NCBI RefSeq assembly: GCF_964188315.1
Contig: NC_135659.1
Coordinates: 22,940,001 to 23,004,000 of the forward strand
Length of the DNA stretch: 64,000 nucleotides
Origin: Podarcis muralis
Taxonomy: Eukaryota
Direction: 5' to 3'
Positions within the stretch are counted from its first letter, which is position 1; every line of letters starts with the position of its first letter. Of this stretch, positions 11,783-24,698 are shown piece by piece. The notes under the pieces are model-generated. The model saw only the letters and a program-made list of their open reading frames with translations, had not been told where the DNA came from and searched no databases. The position numbers were made by a program, and so were the translations under genes.

Positions 11783-14700
11783 CTTCATACACCTCAGAGG
11801 AAATTGGCAGCTAGAGTACTTGTGTGAGGGAGGAAATATCAATGGGCTTGAAGAACCGCAAGACTGCCCCTCTCTTAGTTTACATGGGAGAATATGGCTG
11901 AGGAAAATCATGGAGGCCCTTGTTTGGGGGAAAGGGCTGATAGGAAACCCTTGAGGGCTCTCTAAAGTTACTTTGAAGCAGCTAGCCAAATGCAAAGGAG
12001 GAGAATAGGGTTTCTGTGTTTTTAATAAGTGTGAACATGCAGGAATATTGCCAGGTGCAGCTGGTCAGGCAGGCAGGGGCGAGAAACACCACAGGTGCTA
12101 ACATTCCCTCACAGCTGGGAACAGTATGAGATCCCAGTTGTTACCTCATTCTGGTCACCCTTCAGAGGTATATTACAAGTAATCACAACAATTCATCAAG
12201 TGTTGTGTACATTCAGTTCCACACCGAATGCGGTGTGCCCAGTTATGAACTTCAAAAATTACTTTTGAGGTGTGTGGAGCATTAATGTACAGCCTGAATG
12301 AGGTAAACAGAAAGAAGGAGAGGGAGGGTAACCCCCCTCCCAAAAAGTCCCCCAGACAGGAAGTGGCATAAAAACCTGCTGAGTTACCACTAAGTACTTA
12401 GCTAAATTGCTACAGAAAAGTTAATAGTCTGAGAAGATGGGGACATTAGAGATAGGTAAAAGGTCTTTAAAAGTGCAGTTATGTGTGCGGCAATTCACTC
12501 TGTGCTGGCTTGAGGGTAATCTCCACCGTACTTAGACATGTTGATTTATGAACTAATTAGCTCCATACAACAAAAATACTTCCAGATTCTGTTTCTCCTA
12601 ACCAGCCCCCAAACCACCTAAACAACTGGAAAATGGGTTTTACATCTGCGAAGATTAAATTCAATATATATTTATGAGGCCATTCAAAATGGAGAGTCCT
12701 TCAAAACCGAGTTTCTAGGAAGCAGAAATATCCATGTATCAAACCCCAATAATGTCAGAATCCCAGGCCTCTGCAAATGAATTTATTCTCAAGGTGCAAG
12801 AGATTTTACACATTAATTTAGAGGCTTAATGCAGCACACATTATGTGGGCATTAATAAATTTAACGAAAGGGGGGCAAGGTGTCAAATGCTTTGCAGCTG
12901 TCCAGTTTCTTTGAAAAATAAGGCAGATATATTACTGCTTTCTTTCTTTTTTAGCTCTGTTGCATTCACTCAGAAATAGGTAAATTCTAAATTGCTTCTG
13001 CTTCAGAATAATATGAAGATAGGAAACCACCTTTCAAATATTAATTGCATGCATGTGAGCTCAGTTGAGTATACTGGTTTTGCAGATGGACAGCTGTGTT
13101 TAGTCATTTGCAGCAAAACAACAAAGACTCTTACAGCACCTGAAAGAACTCAGCATTTCTGTTTCATCTCTGGAAGCTGAGCTTTCCTGCTGCAAGAACA
13201 TTCGGAAGCAAGTGAACAGAGGCATTGTCTCCTTCATGAGCAAGCTATAAGGGAAGAGACATAATAAAAATAAGCAGGCTTGAACCAATCAATGACACTT
13301 ATAGAAGCTGATGGTGGTTAGCTGAGCAGCTGGCACCACTGTTTTAATTAAGTATACACATGAGCCTATGATGACACAGTGGTGGGACAAGAACAGCCAC
13401 TGCTCATTGTGTGCAATGAGCACTAAGAGAGATATTACCCTGACTGGATTCATATGTCGAAAAATTCTCACACAGAGAGCAGACTAGAACTGTGCTTGCT
13501 GGCGAACGGAAGAAGGTACATATGAGCCAATGGGCCTTGCAGCTTTCCAATGATGAATCGTCGTTTCCTGAAGTCCTGAAGATGGAGGAGAACAAGGATC
13601 TGAGGTAATGTGTAACCACGCCTTTCTATGGTTGGCACTGAGGATAACACCTGTAGTACAATGAGGCCTGACCTCTCCATGGGTTGCCTTGATCACCAGG
13701 TCCCTAACATTTCTGTTCAATGGTGGCTCATTTGTATCATATACATGGGATTTCTCGCACTGCTTGACCTATGGGAGGTATGGAGCAGTCAGCTGACTGG
13801 AGGGCGGAAAGAGAGGCTGGCGAAGTAGTTCTTATGCAGTGGGCAAGAAAGGAAAGGGTGTAAAAAGCATTTTGTGTAAAACCTGAGCAAGCAGAAACAG
13901 TATCAGGGAAGACATTGAACTATAATAAGCCCTCGATTTACGCAGGGGTTACATTCTGTGGATTGCACCTAAAGCCAAAATCGTGTACAGTTAAAACACA
14001 TTCAATGCAATGGTGGGCAGGATTGCCAAAGTCATTTTTCCTGGACGCCTTCCCCCTTTTTATTGTTATTTATTTGATTTTTTTCTTGCAACACACACAA
14101 AACTGAATGTGCACAGGTTAAGTGCATGTAAATTTTGTGGGACTGCTGTACAAGGTACTGAGTTTGCCAAGGTAATGCAAACGTAGGAGGTATTTGTAAA
14201 GGAAAAACCAAAAAGTCAGACACACAATTCTTCCCATGCTTGCTGTTCTCCTCTGAAAATCTCCTTCCATTTCTTCTATCCAGGTTGTTGTTGTTGTTTT
14301 TAATCTCTTCTCCTATTCCTGAGTGAGGGGAAATTGGGTTGGAAAATGCTATTGAGAAAGGTAAAATACATTAATGGTCTGCTTAAGCTCACCCTCTTTT
14401 CTCAAACCCTTCACCACTTTCTCCAGGTTTAACAATGAGCCTTGCACCTTCCTCGGTATAACAAGCAAATGAGAAAAAACTTATGTATCTTGCATTTATT
14501 TATCTGTCTTATAACTTGTAATTAATCTTCTGGGTAAGAGAAGACAGTGCGGATGAGTGGTGAGGTTTGCATTCCTTTCTGGGGTATAGAAATGTTTAGG
14601 GCCAACCATGTAGTGCTGCACTGTGTCGTGTCAAAATGGCACCTGGTAAGCTCCAGGAGTATAATATGGAAACTCCATTTATACTCTTGAATCATCCATG

Positions 14701-16587
14701 GATTAAGAGATGCAATGACAATAGAAGCTTAGAATGCATGAATGCAACCAATGAGGTCATGTGCTACTTTGACATTTTCCTTATTTTTCTGTTTACTGTT
14801 TCCGTCCTTCCTATATTTCAATATGTCCTCAATTTATTTCTAAAAGATGCACATTAATGTTTCTATTAAAGCATTATTGTCCTCCAGATATATCCCAATG
14901 CCTTGCGTTAATTAACTTTGCATTCTAAACAGCAGCTAAAAATCACTTTTATGAGAATCATTCCTCCGTTGGGATAATTTAGGATCTCCTTTATTTGACT
15001 TTCACAGTTTGTTTGTTGCTGTAGGTAAAGCGGATTTTTTTTTTTTTTGCCTGTAGCCTCCAACAAGTTACTCTGGAGTAAGCCTGTTCAATTACTCAAC
15101 AAAATTGCTCCAACAAAAACAGTTGGAGGCTTGCAGCCTTAGAATCATTAACGAGTTAATATTCCTGGTTACACCTACTTGTAAATTAGATGAATAATAT
15201 TTTACATAATAATTTGAAGATGGCTGGTTTGATGACACTTATGGCTGACTATGATTGCTGTACAAAAACCCTGCCAAGAGTCAGATGCAGCTGTGCCAAG
15301 ATGCATTACCAAAAAGAAAAACTGTGTTCAACTGTGTTTACATGTGACTCCAGTCATGTAAATTGGTACACTAGATATTTGGCTGCCCCCAAAACAAATG
15401 TCCTAATCCAAAAGAGAAAACAAGCATGAAAACTGGTATTGTATATGTGTTTCCATAAGCTGAAAAGCCCAATCTAGGTGGAGCTGGTGCTCAGAGGCCT
15501 TCGCAAATCCTCTGCCACAGTGCAGGTTATCTTTTCCAGGAGACGGTCTGAATGGACAGTCCAATTTTTTAAAAAATGCACCAGAATTCTTAAAGTTAAA
15601 ACAATACCACACACTACTTTTCCACAGTAAATTTGCTGACAATTTAAGTGGTCATGGAAGCATCCAAAGACTTTGGACCATAGGCCCAAATGTAAGTGGA
15701 ATCTGTCCCCTAGTCCTTCCAAAAACCTAATAGCCCTGTGAAGTGAATGCTACTTTTAAAGTGTTACTTTGCCATATGTGGGAGTCTTAGGGATTATGCA
15801 GATAAAAATGGAATTTGCACATTTAATTTTCATAAATCATCCTTCCACCAGAATTTTTAGTTCCCTAATGAAAGAACAGTAAAAACTACATCTGAGAAAA
15901 ATTTTATGACAAGGGGAACAAAATGGACATTATTTTTACTCTTGAGATCTCCCTAATTTTCCTCAGCAGGTCTGAATATTACCATAATTACATATCATGG
16001 AATAATGGCCTATTTCAGTAGCAATTATTGGAAGTTAATAAAATTATCACTTAATCTTAAATGTTGCCACTCTTTAATTTGCCATCCAGATTTCTACCCC
16101 CCCTCCCAGCCCCAATATGAGAGTAGAGCAAGGCAGGAATTAAAGCATTAATTATAAACTAACCTATTCATTTCATGTCAGAAAAATGTACGAATACCAG
16201 AGCCTTTGCTTATTTAAATCTCTATCTAGAATATTGTGAAATGAAACTGGAATTAAAGTAAGCAAGAACGAAAACGGATAATGAAAGAGCAATATTTAAA
16301 CACGAAGATGTCTCACCTAGGAGATTCCATTGTGCAATGCAGTATTTATACATTGAGCAGCCAATCCTGTCCTGTTAAGTGTAATGGCATAGTTATACCA
16401 TTGTCCGGTGCCCAGGGCCATATATCTCTGCCAAACTGCTTTCTAAAAACTCCTTAGTTTCACCACTGCAATTGTTGCTCCTGTGCGCCATAGGTTTCTT
16501 ATGGCCAAACAGCATTGATACATTTGCCATCACTCTGAAAAAAAACATTTGAGTGGCAGATCCTGCTGCTAGCCAAGGCTAGGTCTT

Positions 16588-16850
16588 AGAAGAAGAGAAG
16601 AAGAGTTTGGATTTGATATCCTGCTTTATCACTACTGTAAGGAGTCTCAAAGTGGCTAACATTCTCCTTTCCCTCCCACCCCCCCCCCCCACAACAAACA
16701 CTCTGTGAGGTGAGTGGGGCTGAGAAGACTTCAAAGAAGTATGACTAGCCCAAGGTCACCCAGCAGCTGCATGTGGAGGAGCAGAGATGCGAACCTGGTT
16801 CAACAGATTACGAGTCTACCACTCTTAACCACTACACCACACTGGCTCTC
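16588..16850 (-). mobile_element. tRNA-derived SINE, Squam3B-like, full length
   Basis: Reverse complement of the 96-348 element, from GAGAGCCAGTGTGGTGTAGTGG to the (CTT)n tail. Confidence 0.88.
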
Positions 16851-17034
16851 TTAGTGCCAAGGTAAAACTTACCTGCGTGACAAGTGTCATGTGTTTTAGA
16901 TTGGCATCCTGTGGGCAGAGATAATGTCTTGATCTTATGGAAAGCAACTCCCCTTGGATCCTTTGTAGCTAAAGAGCAGTTTTAAAATGTTCTGAGTAAA
17001 ATAAATAAATAGCCATTCAGTGGGCCTTGTAATG

Positions 17035-17310
17035 ACCGCTCCCCGCATAAAACGGGGGGCGCCCTTTGCGTGGACGCGCGCAGCCCCTGGATCTGAGTGG
17101 CTCCATCAGCATAGGCTTGGCTTTGCCTTCCCTCAGGTGGAATACTTGGAGGTCTCCGCCTACCTCAGTCAGATGTCCAATCCCAACTGGGGGAAGCGTT
17201 GCCAAGGAGACCAGTCCAGGTAGGGGAGGGATTACCTGCCCACACAATAGAGGGAGGATCTTACCTGGGAATCCTCACTTGGCTCCAGTGGCCTTCCACA
17301 GGCCTTCAGG
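17035..17310. mobile_element. Unclassified GC/CpG-rich 276-bp insertion
   Basis: Flanked by a perfect 13-bp direct repeat gggccttgtaatg (17022-17034 and 17311-17323), with an abrupt composition change. Family not recognised. Confidence 0.6.
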
Positions 17311-19818
17311 GGGCCTTGTAATGTACTTTGAAACCTCCCAACAACATGTAACCTTCTTGGGGATGGTTTGATTGGGGAGGAAAAACATATTAAGTCCAGG
17401 TCTCGGTCCTACAGTCGGCCCCTGACCTTCAATCCTGCATTTTCGAAGTGGGCCCTGTTTTAAAAGGAAACTGAATAACTAATTTGTCTAAAACTCACGT
17501 CCATTCTGTGTTTCTGTTTCACTCCTGACACTTCACTACAAAGGCACTGTAGAGACTACTGATGCCAAAGGATTTATCTTCCTTTTTAATGAAGAAATTC
17601 ACTGTATCTATCAACCTTAGTATATGCCTGACCAAATGGGTTGTATAACTTTTCAGAGATGAATGAAAACAATGGGTACAGTGCAAGATATGGTTAACTT
17701 GAATGGAATTAGAAGCTATTTTGTACAGGTATTCTGAATTCTATGCCAGGTTTTGGCTGATAAGTGTTAGATCGCAACAATACCTTACATAGCCCCTCCC
17801 TCCATGCTATAAAATGCTGTGTGGTGGACCGCCCTTGGTATAGGGACATCCTACGGAGCTATGAATACGCAGAAGTCCCCCCCCCAATGTTGTCAGTGCG
17901 TGTTGTTTCCAGGAATCTGGCCTATTTGCTCCTGAAATGAACACACACCCCTAAGATCATTCAATGCACAAACAGAACATCCTGGTCAGTGTTGAAAGAG
18001 CTACTAGAGGTATGTCCACGGGATTGGATGTGCCTAGTGGGGTTGTGGGTTTTTTGGCTTTTTCTTTGAAAGACAAATCCTCATGCCACCCCACAAACTG
18101 CTTTTGAAATTCTCCTTCATTTCAAAGGCAGTTTGCCATTAACTGTGGGAGACTCTTGTTAGAGAAACACAAGTTGAGACTCCCCTTAGGGTACGCTGAA
18201 TTAGTCAAATGGCCGAAGTATGAAAATCATAGCAGTTTGCCATTGGCTTGCAAAATCCTCTATAATCAAACATGCACAATCTACCTCCTGAGCATTTTCT
18301 TTTCTGATAATTGCACAGCCTGGTTTTTTTTTGCTCTGTTCTAATAAATTTCCAGGCAGCTTAAATTCCACATTTTAATATTAGAAATCCACTTTAATTA
18401 TAAGTAATCCTTGGTGCCATGTGTCAGTCAGCTGTATTTGCATTTACACTCCTCTGTGAGGCTGCAATATAATTTTCTGTTTATTATCATGAGTGCGCTT
18501 CTGGTGTAAATCTACAATTTCATGTAGGTCGTTGCTGGCAGTCAGCCAAAGCTTTAATTTATCTTTGCCTTATCTTATTCCAGTACACCCAAAAAGCCTG
18601 ATGGTGCAAATAACAAACATTCCATCAGCTGTGCTGCTGTGGAGGACTCCACAAATATCACCAGTTTACTGCTACTGTCATTCTCTATATTGGCTTTCTG
18701 AGAAACAAAACTGATAAGACAGACTTCTCCCCTGGTGGGTGTTCCTGGGGAGTATTTGCCAGCCAAATCATTATTCCCTTGAGGTGCAGGCAAGTCTATC
18801 AAAGATGATTCAAAGACTAGAGACTGCCTGATTCAGAGAATACAGAGCCTGGAGGGAACAAAATAGCTGGATTCTCTTGGGCTTTCTGTCTGTGCTGATT
18901 AATTGTTTTCCATTCGAGGCTATTATATTGGTAAAATATTTGCATTATGTGTGATAGAATATCTGCTCCTAAGCAAATTCGCCCTGTGTTGCCACTTTTT
19001 GATTCTTCCTTGTCTTTGAAACATTGCTGTGTTTAGTATTTTTTGCTTCCACTCCTTGCTCCATCTCTTGCTGTCACATGCGGTAATTGGGCTAATAAAA
19101 GGCAGAAACAAGAATTTATTACACCTTGGGCAATACTTTTAAACAAACTTTTATTTGCTAGAGCAGCACTTTCCCCACTACGTGCTACTGTATATTTTGA
19201 CACTTCTTTTTAAATACTAAATCTGGCTTTATTAAAACTTAAATCATGCAGCTGTGCTCTTTTATGCATAGGGTGGGGGTAGTCCATACATTTCCTTAGG
19301 CAGACTAAGGTTTGGGATGCATATGAATATTCAGATGATGGGCCGTTGGAATCTACAGCTACTTCATTACTGTCAACCTTCTCCAGATGTTTTGCAGCAG
19401 AATAAATTTGAGTTAAGAAGATGAATTTTAGGCTTAAGTATTGGAAAAGATGACTGTGGGGCAAAGATGTCCTGTAAAGTTCTCAGTACGTGGTTCTTTA
19501 CCACCACAAAGGCATTCAAACCATAGTTAGCATTCTTGGGAGAGCTGTGTTCAAATCTGTTTATACTTCCACTTTTGGTGGGCATGTCCAGCTGTGCATG
19601 AGTTTGGGGAATGCGATTCATGACTACCAAAATTTTCTCTACGCTAGACCATAGGTAATTCATAAAGCTATGCTGCTTCTTTGTTTTGAACCTGCAACTC
19701 TGGATACCTGATGCAACAGGAAAGCAATGTTTAGCATGTACCTGGAAGTCTGCCAGACAGCCTTCTAAACAGCAGTGGATTGATAATATTTGGGGGAGCA
19801 TCATTACATGTAAACTTA

Positions 19819-20063
19819 CCATATTTTTCGCCCCATAGGGCGCACCTAGTTTTTTTTTTGGGGGGGGGAATAAAGAAAAAAAATTAATTTCCCCCCCAGG
19901 CGCGGGGGAAGCCCGAGCTTCCCCCAACCCCAGCCCCGAGAACAGCCTGCTATCCGCAAGCCTAGGGAGCCCGGCAGGAAGTCGCGCCGGTCTCCCCAGG
20001 CTTGCGGAGAGCTGCGCGAAGCCCGGGTGCGCTCTTCAGCGTCCTATAGGGCGAAAAATGCGG
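19819..20063. mobile_element. Tc1/mariner-type MITE, 245 bp
   Basis: 25-bp TIRs CCATATTTTTCGCCCCATAGGGCGC versus CCGCATTTTTCGCCCTATAGGACGC (21/25). TA at 19817-19818 and 20064-20065. CpG-rich interior. Confidence 0.85.
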
Positions 20064-21009
20064 TAGTAAGTGCTATTGTAAAAGCCAAGGAATTCCACTT
20101 TTCTTTCTAGCATGCTGTTATAGCACCATGATTTCCATCTAGTGCCTATTTGTGAAAGCCTTTCAGACTTCTGAACACATTCCAATCAAATACAGACAAT
20201 TATGGCTTTTATTCAGCTACGTATGTCCAAACACTCCCAATATTTCAATATTCAGTCTATTTTATTCTAATGATGTTTCACAAGCCCACTTCTGCTGTTT
20301 TCCCCAAAACATGGCAAAAATGTGAGTCCATCTGATCCATCTCTTACTGCACAGAGAAAGTAGATCACGGAAGGGCTATCGTAGTGTAAATCATACTACC
20401 ATAGCCTTGTGCTGTGCAGGCTTCTCCTGTTATGTTGAGGCATGAAGCAGTGTATCATGAAGAAGTGAGATCTTGCATCTCACTTATATGCATCCATTGA
20501 GTTAACTATCTCTATAAAACAGATGCAAATCATTCTCCTGGTAGCACCTATTTAGAGTCTAACATTGGGGGGCAAACAGATCACCTAGCAAAGTACTCAG
20601 AATGCTTATGGGGCAGGGGGGTTGCAAGACATTTGTTGCTCCACAGTGCTGGCAATCATACCACACATCTATTAACCACAGACCTATTTTAGCTTAAGTG
20701 TATAGCAAAATGCCCCCACCCCACTCCAGTAATAATGCTTTCAGAATTTTTGATCACGGATATTATATTGATGTGCACATACTTGACATATACTTGAAAA
20801 TTCAGCACTGGCACTCAAAGGTTTTGCAACAATAGTCAATATATCTGATATCTGACAAGTGGCATTCAGCCCTAGTCAGTTGCTGACATGTATCCATCAG
20901 TGTTTAACAGTACTGGAGACCTGGCATGCAATACCAATCAGTGTTTGATAGTTTCTAACACATGGCAATAAACAGCAACAAGCACTTCATTCCGTATCAA
21001 CCGGTATAT

Positions 21010-21310
21010 GCACTGAAGGTATCCACAAAGGTTCTCCTGTGAGTGCCTCGGTCTTCATAAGTGGGAACTAGAAATATGGCCTTCTTGGTTGTGGCACCCT
21101 GCCTTTGGAAATTCCTTCCCAGGGGATTTGCCTAGTGCCTTCATCTTTGCAGTGATGAAACATGCATTTTCTTGGCTTTTTCAAACTGCTAAAAATGCTG
21201 CTAGAAGCTGCTAGTCTAGTACCATTTTGTTTATGATAGCGTTTTGTTCTTTTATCTTTTGTCAGTTATCCTGGGAACCTCTTTGTTGAAGGCATGCTAT
21301 ACAGTTAATT
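21010..21310 (+). mobile_element. Degraded L2 LINE 3' end
   Basis: ggccttcttggttgtggcaccctgcctttggaaattccttccc followed by a T-rich 3' region, typical of squamate L2. Boundaries approximate. Confidence 0.5.
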
Positions 21311-21637
21311 AATTAGATAAGTTGACTGTATCTGACATAGTACCAATCAGTATTTGGCAGTTTTGCATAGATTACTTATACTTAAGTACTTTATATTACC
21401 TTCATTCATTTAACCAGTCCAAATATTTCAATGCTGAATTTTCATGTTATATTTTGACTTGTAAGTTTCATGTATTGGAGCTTGACTTAAAAAAAATCAA
21501 CATTGAAATATGAATTGTGAACATTGATTTCATTTCAGCTTTATAAAGCTACGGTATTTTGATACCTGTATGTTATGTGTTAGACGTATTACTGTGAATA
21601 AATTAGTTAGCAGAAATTATAATTAGTATTTTGACAC

Positions 21638-21723
21638 TTGTAATCCTAGGCATCCTACTCAGAAGTAAGTCCCATTGAGGCCAATGGGGCTTGCTTCCAA
21701 GTAAGTTGCTATATGATTGTAGC
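21638..21723. repeat. Short palindromic interspersed repeat (one of at least 10 copies)
   Basis: aatcct...tactcagaagtaagtcccattga-ggc-caatggggcttgcttccaagtaag...gattg. Same layout as 24612-24698. Confidence 0.7.
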
Positions 21724-21954
21724 TAAACTGAATTGATTTGAAGGAAATGAATTGAGCTTGTCTGCCAGCTGAAACATTACCTACCATGGCCTTGCCACTC
21801 ATAATTGCTGTCTCTGAATCATTTGGGGAGTTTTCTTTCACATCCATCTCATTGTGTTTGCACAATTCTGCATTTGAATTTCTATTCCATCAAACTGGTA
21901 AAATGCAGTTAAGAAATTGCAATACTAATCCCTGAAATTGTTTACACAGGAATC

Positions 21955-21960
21955 TTTATT
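21955..21960 (-). terminator. Candidate polyadenylation signal AATAAA
   Basis: Plus-strand tttatt equals sense AATAAA. A CA dinucleotide lies about 15-20 nt downstream, followed by U-rich sequence. Confidence 0.55.
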
Positions 21961-22937
21961 CTCTTAAATCTTCCAGTGTTAAAGCAACAGAAAACATTTA
22001 GAATGTCCTTTGGTGGAATCTTATTACACTTGCTATAATATGTAAACTGATATTCTTTGATGCCAGCACGTTGCCCATACAGAGAAATCTCTGCACAATT
22101 AAATGAAAAGCGAAAGGAAAAAAGAAAAAGAAAAAAATAGGATGAAAATAAAAAATAACTCCCCCCCCTTAATCTGATTAGGATTAAAGTACATTAATAA
22201 ATTGTCTGTTAACACAAATTGGCAATAATACAAAAAATCTACGTCTTACGTTAGTCAAGAAAAATAACTTCATTTGAATACAAAAGGATAAATACACTCT
22301 TTTTTTTTTTGTCCTATAGCCACTCTTGTACAGTAGGTCGGCACTGCATGAACTTGATGCAGTGCTTCTAAAATATACAAGGGTATGACTGGCTTTAGAT
22401 TTATTGAGGAGGGAGCTGGTACACATGTGCATTTACTAACATCAGACAAAGAAATCGTTCAACCAACAAGGGTTACAGAGCAACGTTCACTAAAGCACAG
22501 TTGGAAAGGGAATTTCAGGGGCTGAAGCAGGCCAATATGGCAGCTTTGAAACAGATTTCCTTATACCCACAATGCACTGACAGCAAAGAATTGCCTCTAT
22601 TTGGTTGGTCCACACACTGGGAAGAGGTACAGTTGCGCACCAGATTGGAGGAGCAAGGTTTTGTAGTTTCTTTCTTTCTTTTTTTGTATTCCCGTCTGGG
22701 GGTGGTTACGAAAGCCTTTTCGATCCTGTGTAAGCTTTTGCAGCTGTGACTTAGTAGTAATAGTATTGGCAGCTGCTGACTTAAGCTTGAGTCAGAAAAT
22801 AACAGTCTTGACTCGCTGGGTTGTCCACAATGGATAGATATGGCTTAGTTCGTTTGGGCCTTTATAGAGTCTATATATGTGTGGAGATTTTAGTTTTCCC
22901 CCTTTTATGTTTTTGAAAGACTTATTAGCATCTGCTT

Positions 22938-22957
22938 GCTGCTGCTGCTGCTGCTGC
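22938..22957. repeat. Short (CAG/CTG)n tract in the NTNG1 3' UTR, about 6.5 units
   Basis: gctgctgctgctgctgctgc, about 85 nt downstream of the stop codon. Confidence 0.85.
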
Positions 22958-23039
22958 AATTTCTTTTCCCCAGATTTCCTGTGGCATGTTCTTTTTTTGT
23001 TTTAAGCAGTCTGAAGTCGATCCTCCAAAGCTGGGTTGC

Positions 23040-23275
23040 CTAGAATATGAGAAACCCACTTAATCCTAATGGAGCAATCAGTGGTAATAGGAGTATAACA
23101 CATGGTAATGATATTGCCCCTTGCGCAGAGCTTTGACTGCAACCGTCTGGGTCCATTTCACAACTCCGCTTCTCGCACAGCACACCAGTGTAGGCTGCGG
23201 GGCACTGGCAGCGGACGTTGTTGTGGCACGTTCCCCCATTCTGGCAAATCTGAAGTTCATTGTCACATACGTTTG
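23040..23275 (-). CDS. NTNG1: Netrin-G1 terminal coding exon: EGF-like domain plus GPI-anchor signal
   Basis: tttctctttctactcctccttgcag|CA AAC GTA TGT GAC. Encodes NVCDNELQICQNGGTCHNNVRCQCPAAYTGVLCEKRSCEMDPDGCSQSSAQGAISLPCVILLLPLIAPLGLSGFLIF, then TAG at 23040-23042. Small-residue omega candidates (SQSSA) precede a hydrophobic tail. Confidence 0.95.
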
Positions 23276-24611
23276 CTGCAAGGAGGAGTAGAAAGAGAAA
23301 AGCATAATCAGTATAAGTGACTTGGTTATGACAAGCAACGAGGAAAAATAAAAATAAAAGCATTGGTTCTTCAACCCGCCCGCCCCTAAACTCCGATAAT
23401 TTCAGTACTCGGGGCATTTACTTGTGAGTAGCTTTGCTAAACCCATGGTAATTACTCACCAGCAAATGTACTGAAGAATGTGCCTTGAGAGTGGGCCTGC
23501 CTCTTTGGTCGTGAATCTCTGTGACTTCATCCCCTCACCTCCCTGAAAGGGTTAGCTTTATATACGCAGCCTATAAGCAGTCAAGTGCTTGCCCCCCACA
23601 GCCAGCAGTTATGCACACTGAATGTGCTGGTTTTCCAACTTGTGTATAAACCAACCTGTGTTACAGCTCCCAGCTGAAGGCTTAAATTACCTTCCCATGT
23701 TCATATTACCAGGGTTACCACAGACTCAGGTGTGCAGGATAAAACACGCACAAGGCTGCTAGTCTGGGGTGCATATAATCTCATGGGGGGGGGAGGAGAA
23801 GGAGGCATCACCTTTTCCTCATGGTGAACATAAGAAAGCCAGACATGCTGTCTACCAGCCTATGGCAATCTGCTTAAGTGCAGTGGTCAAAGAGGAAAAC
23901 CTAGAACATTTTAGACTGTGGAATTTTGCACTTGTGTATTGTGCAGATTTATCCAAGCTATGCATTCAGAAAAAATTACAGTACTGTATAGACTTTCTGG
24001 GACTGTTCCACTACAGACAGCAGGTGTAGGATCACATGTCTGAGCATTCCCTTCCAGAAAACTTAATTTTAGAGAAAAGGTTACTAGTTCAACTCATTCC
24101 CTGATATGCCACTTTTCCACAATGAAGGAAAACGCTATTGCCCCACCTACAGTGGTGGTACAGTCTTGGGAGATCTATGCTTCATGAATGTTCTGAATGT
24201 GACTTGAAAGCTATGTGAATATGCCCAAAGATCACACCACCAATTCAGCGCTAAAATTATACTGTGGCATAACCCTGATGAGATGCCCATGCAGAAGTCT
24301 TCCTGGGTGCATGTAACTGACACTCAAAAGATATAAATAATTATGCGAATAATGGAAAACCAGGCATACAGTTCTATGTAACAGGTGGCTCTGTGTGTTT
24401 CCAAAATCTGTATATACGTTGGTAATCATTGCTTTGAATCCAAACTATAGAGCTGAGATTCAAAGAACAGTGAGTGGAAGGAAAATAGCACACAGCACTT
24501 TTCTGCAAATACATGTGGCGCTATAAATTGGTAGGTTCTATAGCATTTCCCCAGCTTGTGCAAGAGGTTGAATTTGATGCTGCACCGAAAGAATAACAAT
24601 TCTGGTTTTAC

Positions 24612-24698
24612 GCTGCAATCCTAACCCCATTTACCTGGAAGCAAGCCCCATTGCTTTCAACAGGACTGACTTCTGAGTAGAAATGGTTAGGATTGTGC
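24612..24698. repeat. Short palindromic interspersed repeat (best-preserved copy)
   Basis: Perfect 11-bp arms caatcctaacc (24616-24626) and ggttaggattg (24685-24695) around an imperfect inner hairpin. Confidence 0.75.

Larger units (their letters stand above)
21940..23039 (-). other. NTNG1: NTNG1 3' UTR (to the likely proximal poly(A) site)
   Basis: Follows the stop codon, contains no recognisable transposon, and has blocks resembling the mammalian NTNG1 3' UTR as recalled (e.g. sense CTTTAGTGAACGTTGCTCTGTAACCCTTGTTGGTTGAA near 22460-22497). The 3' end is inferred from the AATAAA position. Confidence 0.7.

Noticed and set aside
13915-14155. Possible old Tigger-like MITE
   Set aside because: The terminal repeats are too degenerate to fix boundaries.
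17256-17272. ATCTTACCTGG resembling the U1 snRNA 5' end
   Set aside because: The similarity stops after about 10 nt, with no stem-loops or Sm site.
1-19000. 3' exons of a convergent neighbour (VAV3 in mammals, from recalled synteny)
   Set aside because: No SH2/SH3-like coding exons were seen; the region is repeats and non-coding DNA.
19373-19927. 184-aa minus-strand ORF
   Set aside because: It begins inside a MITE, has no recognisable domain and shows no splice support.
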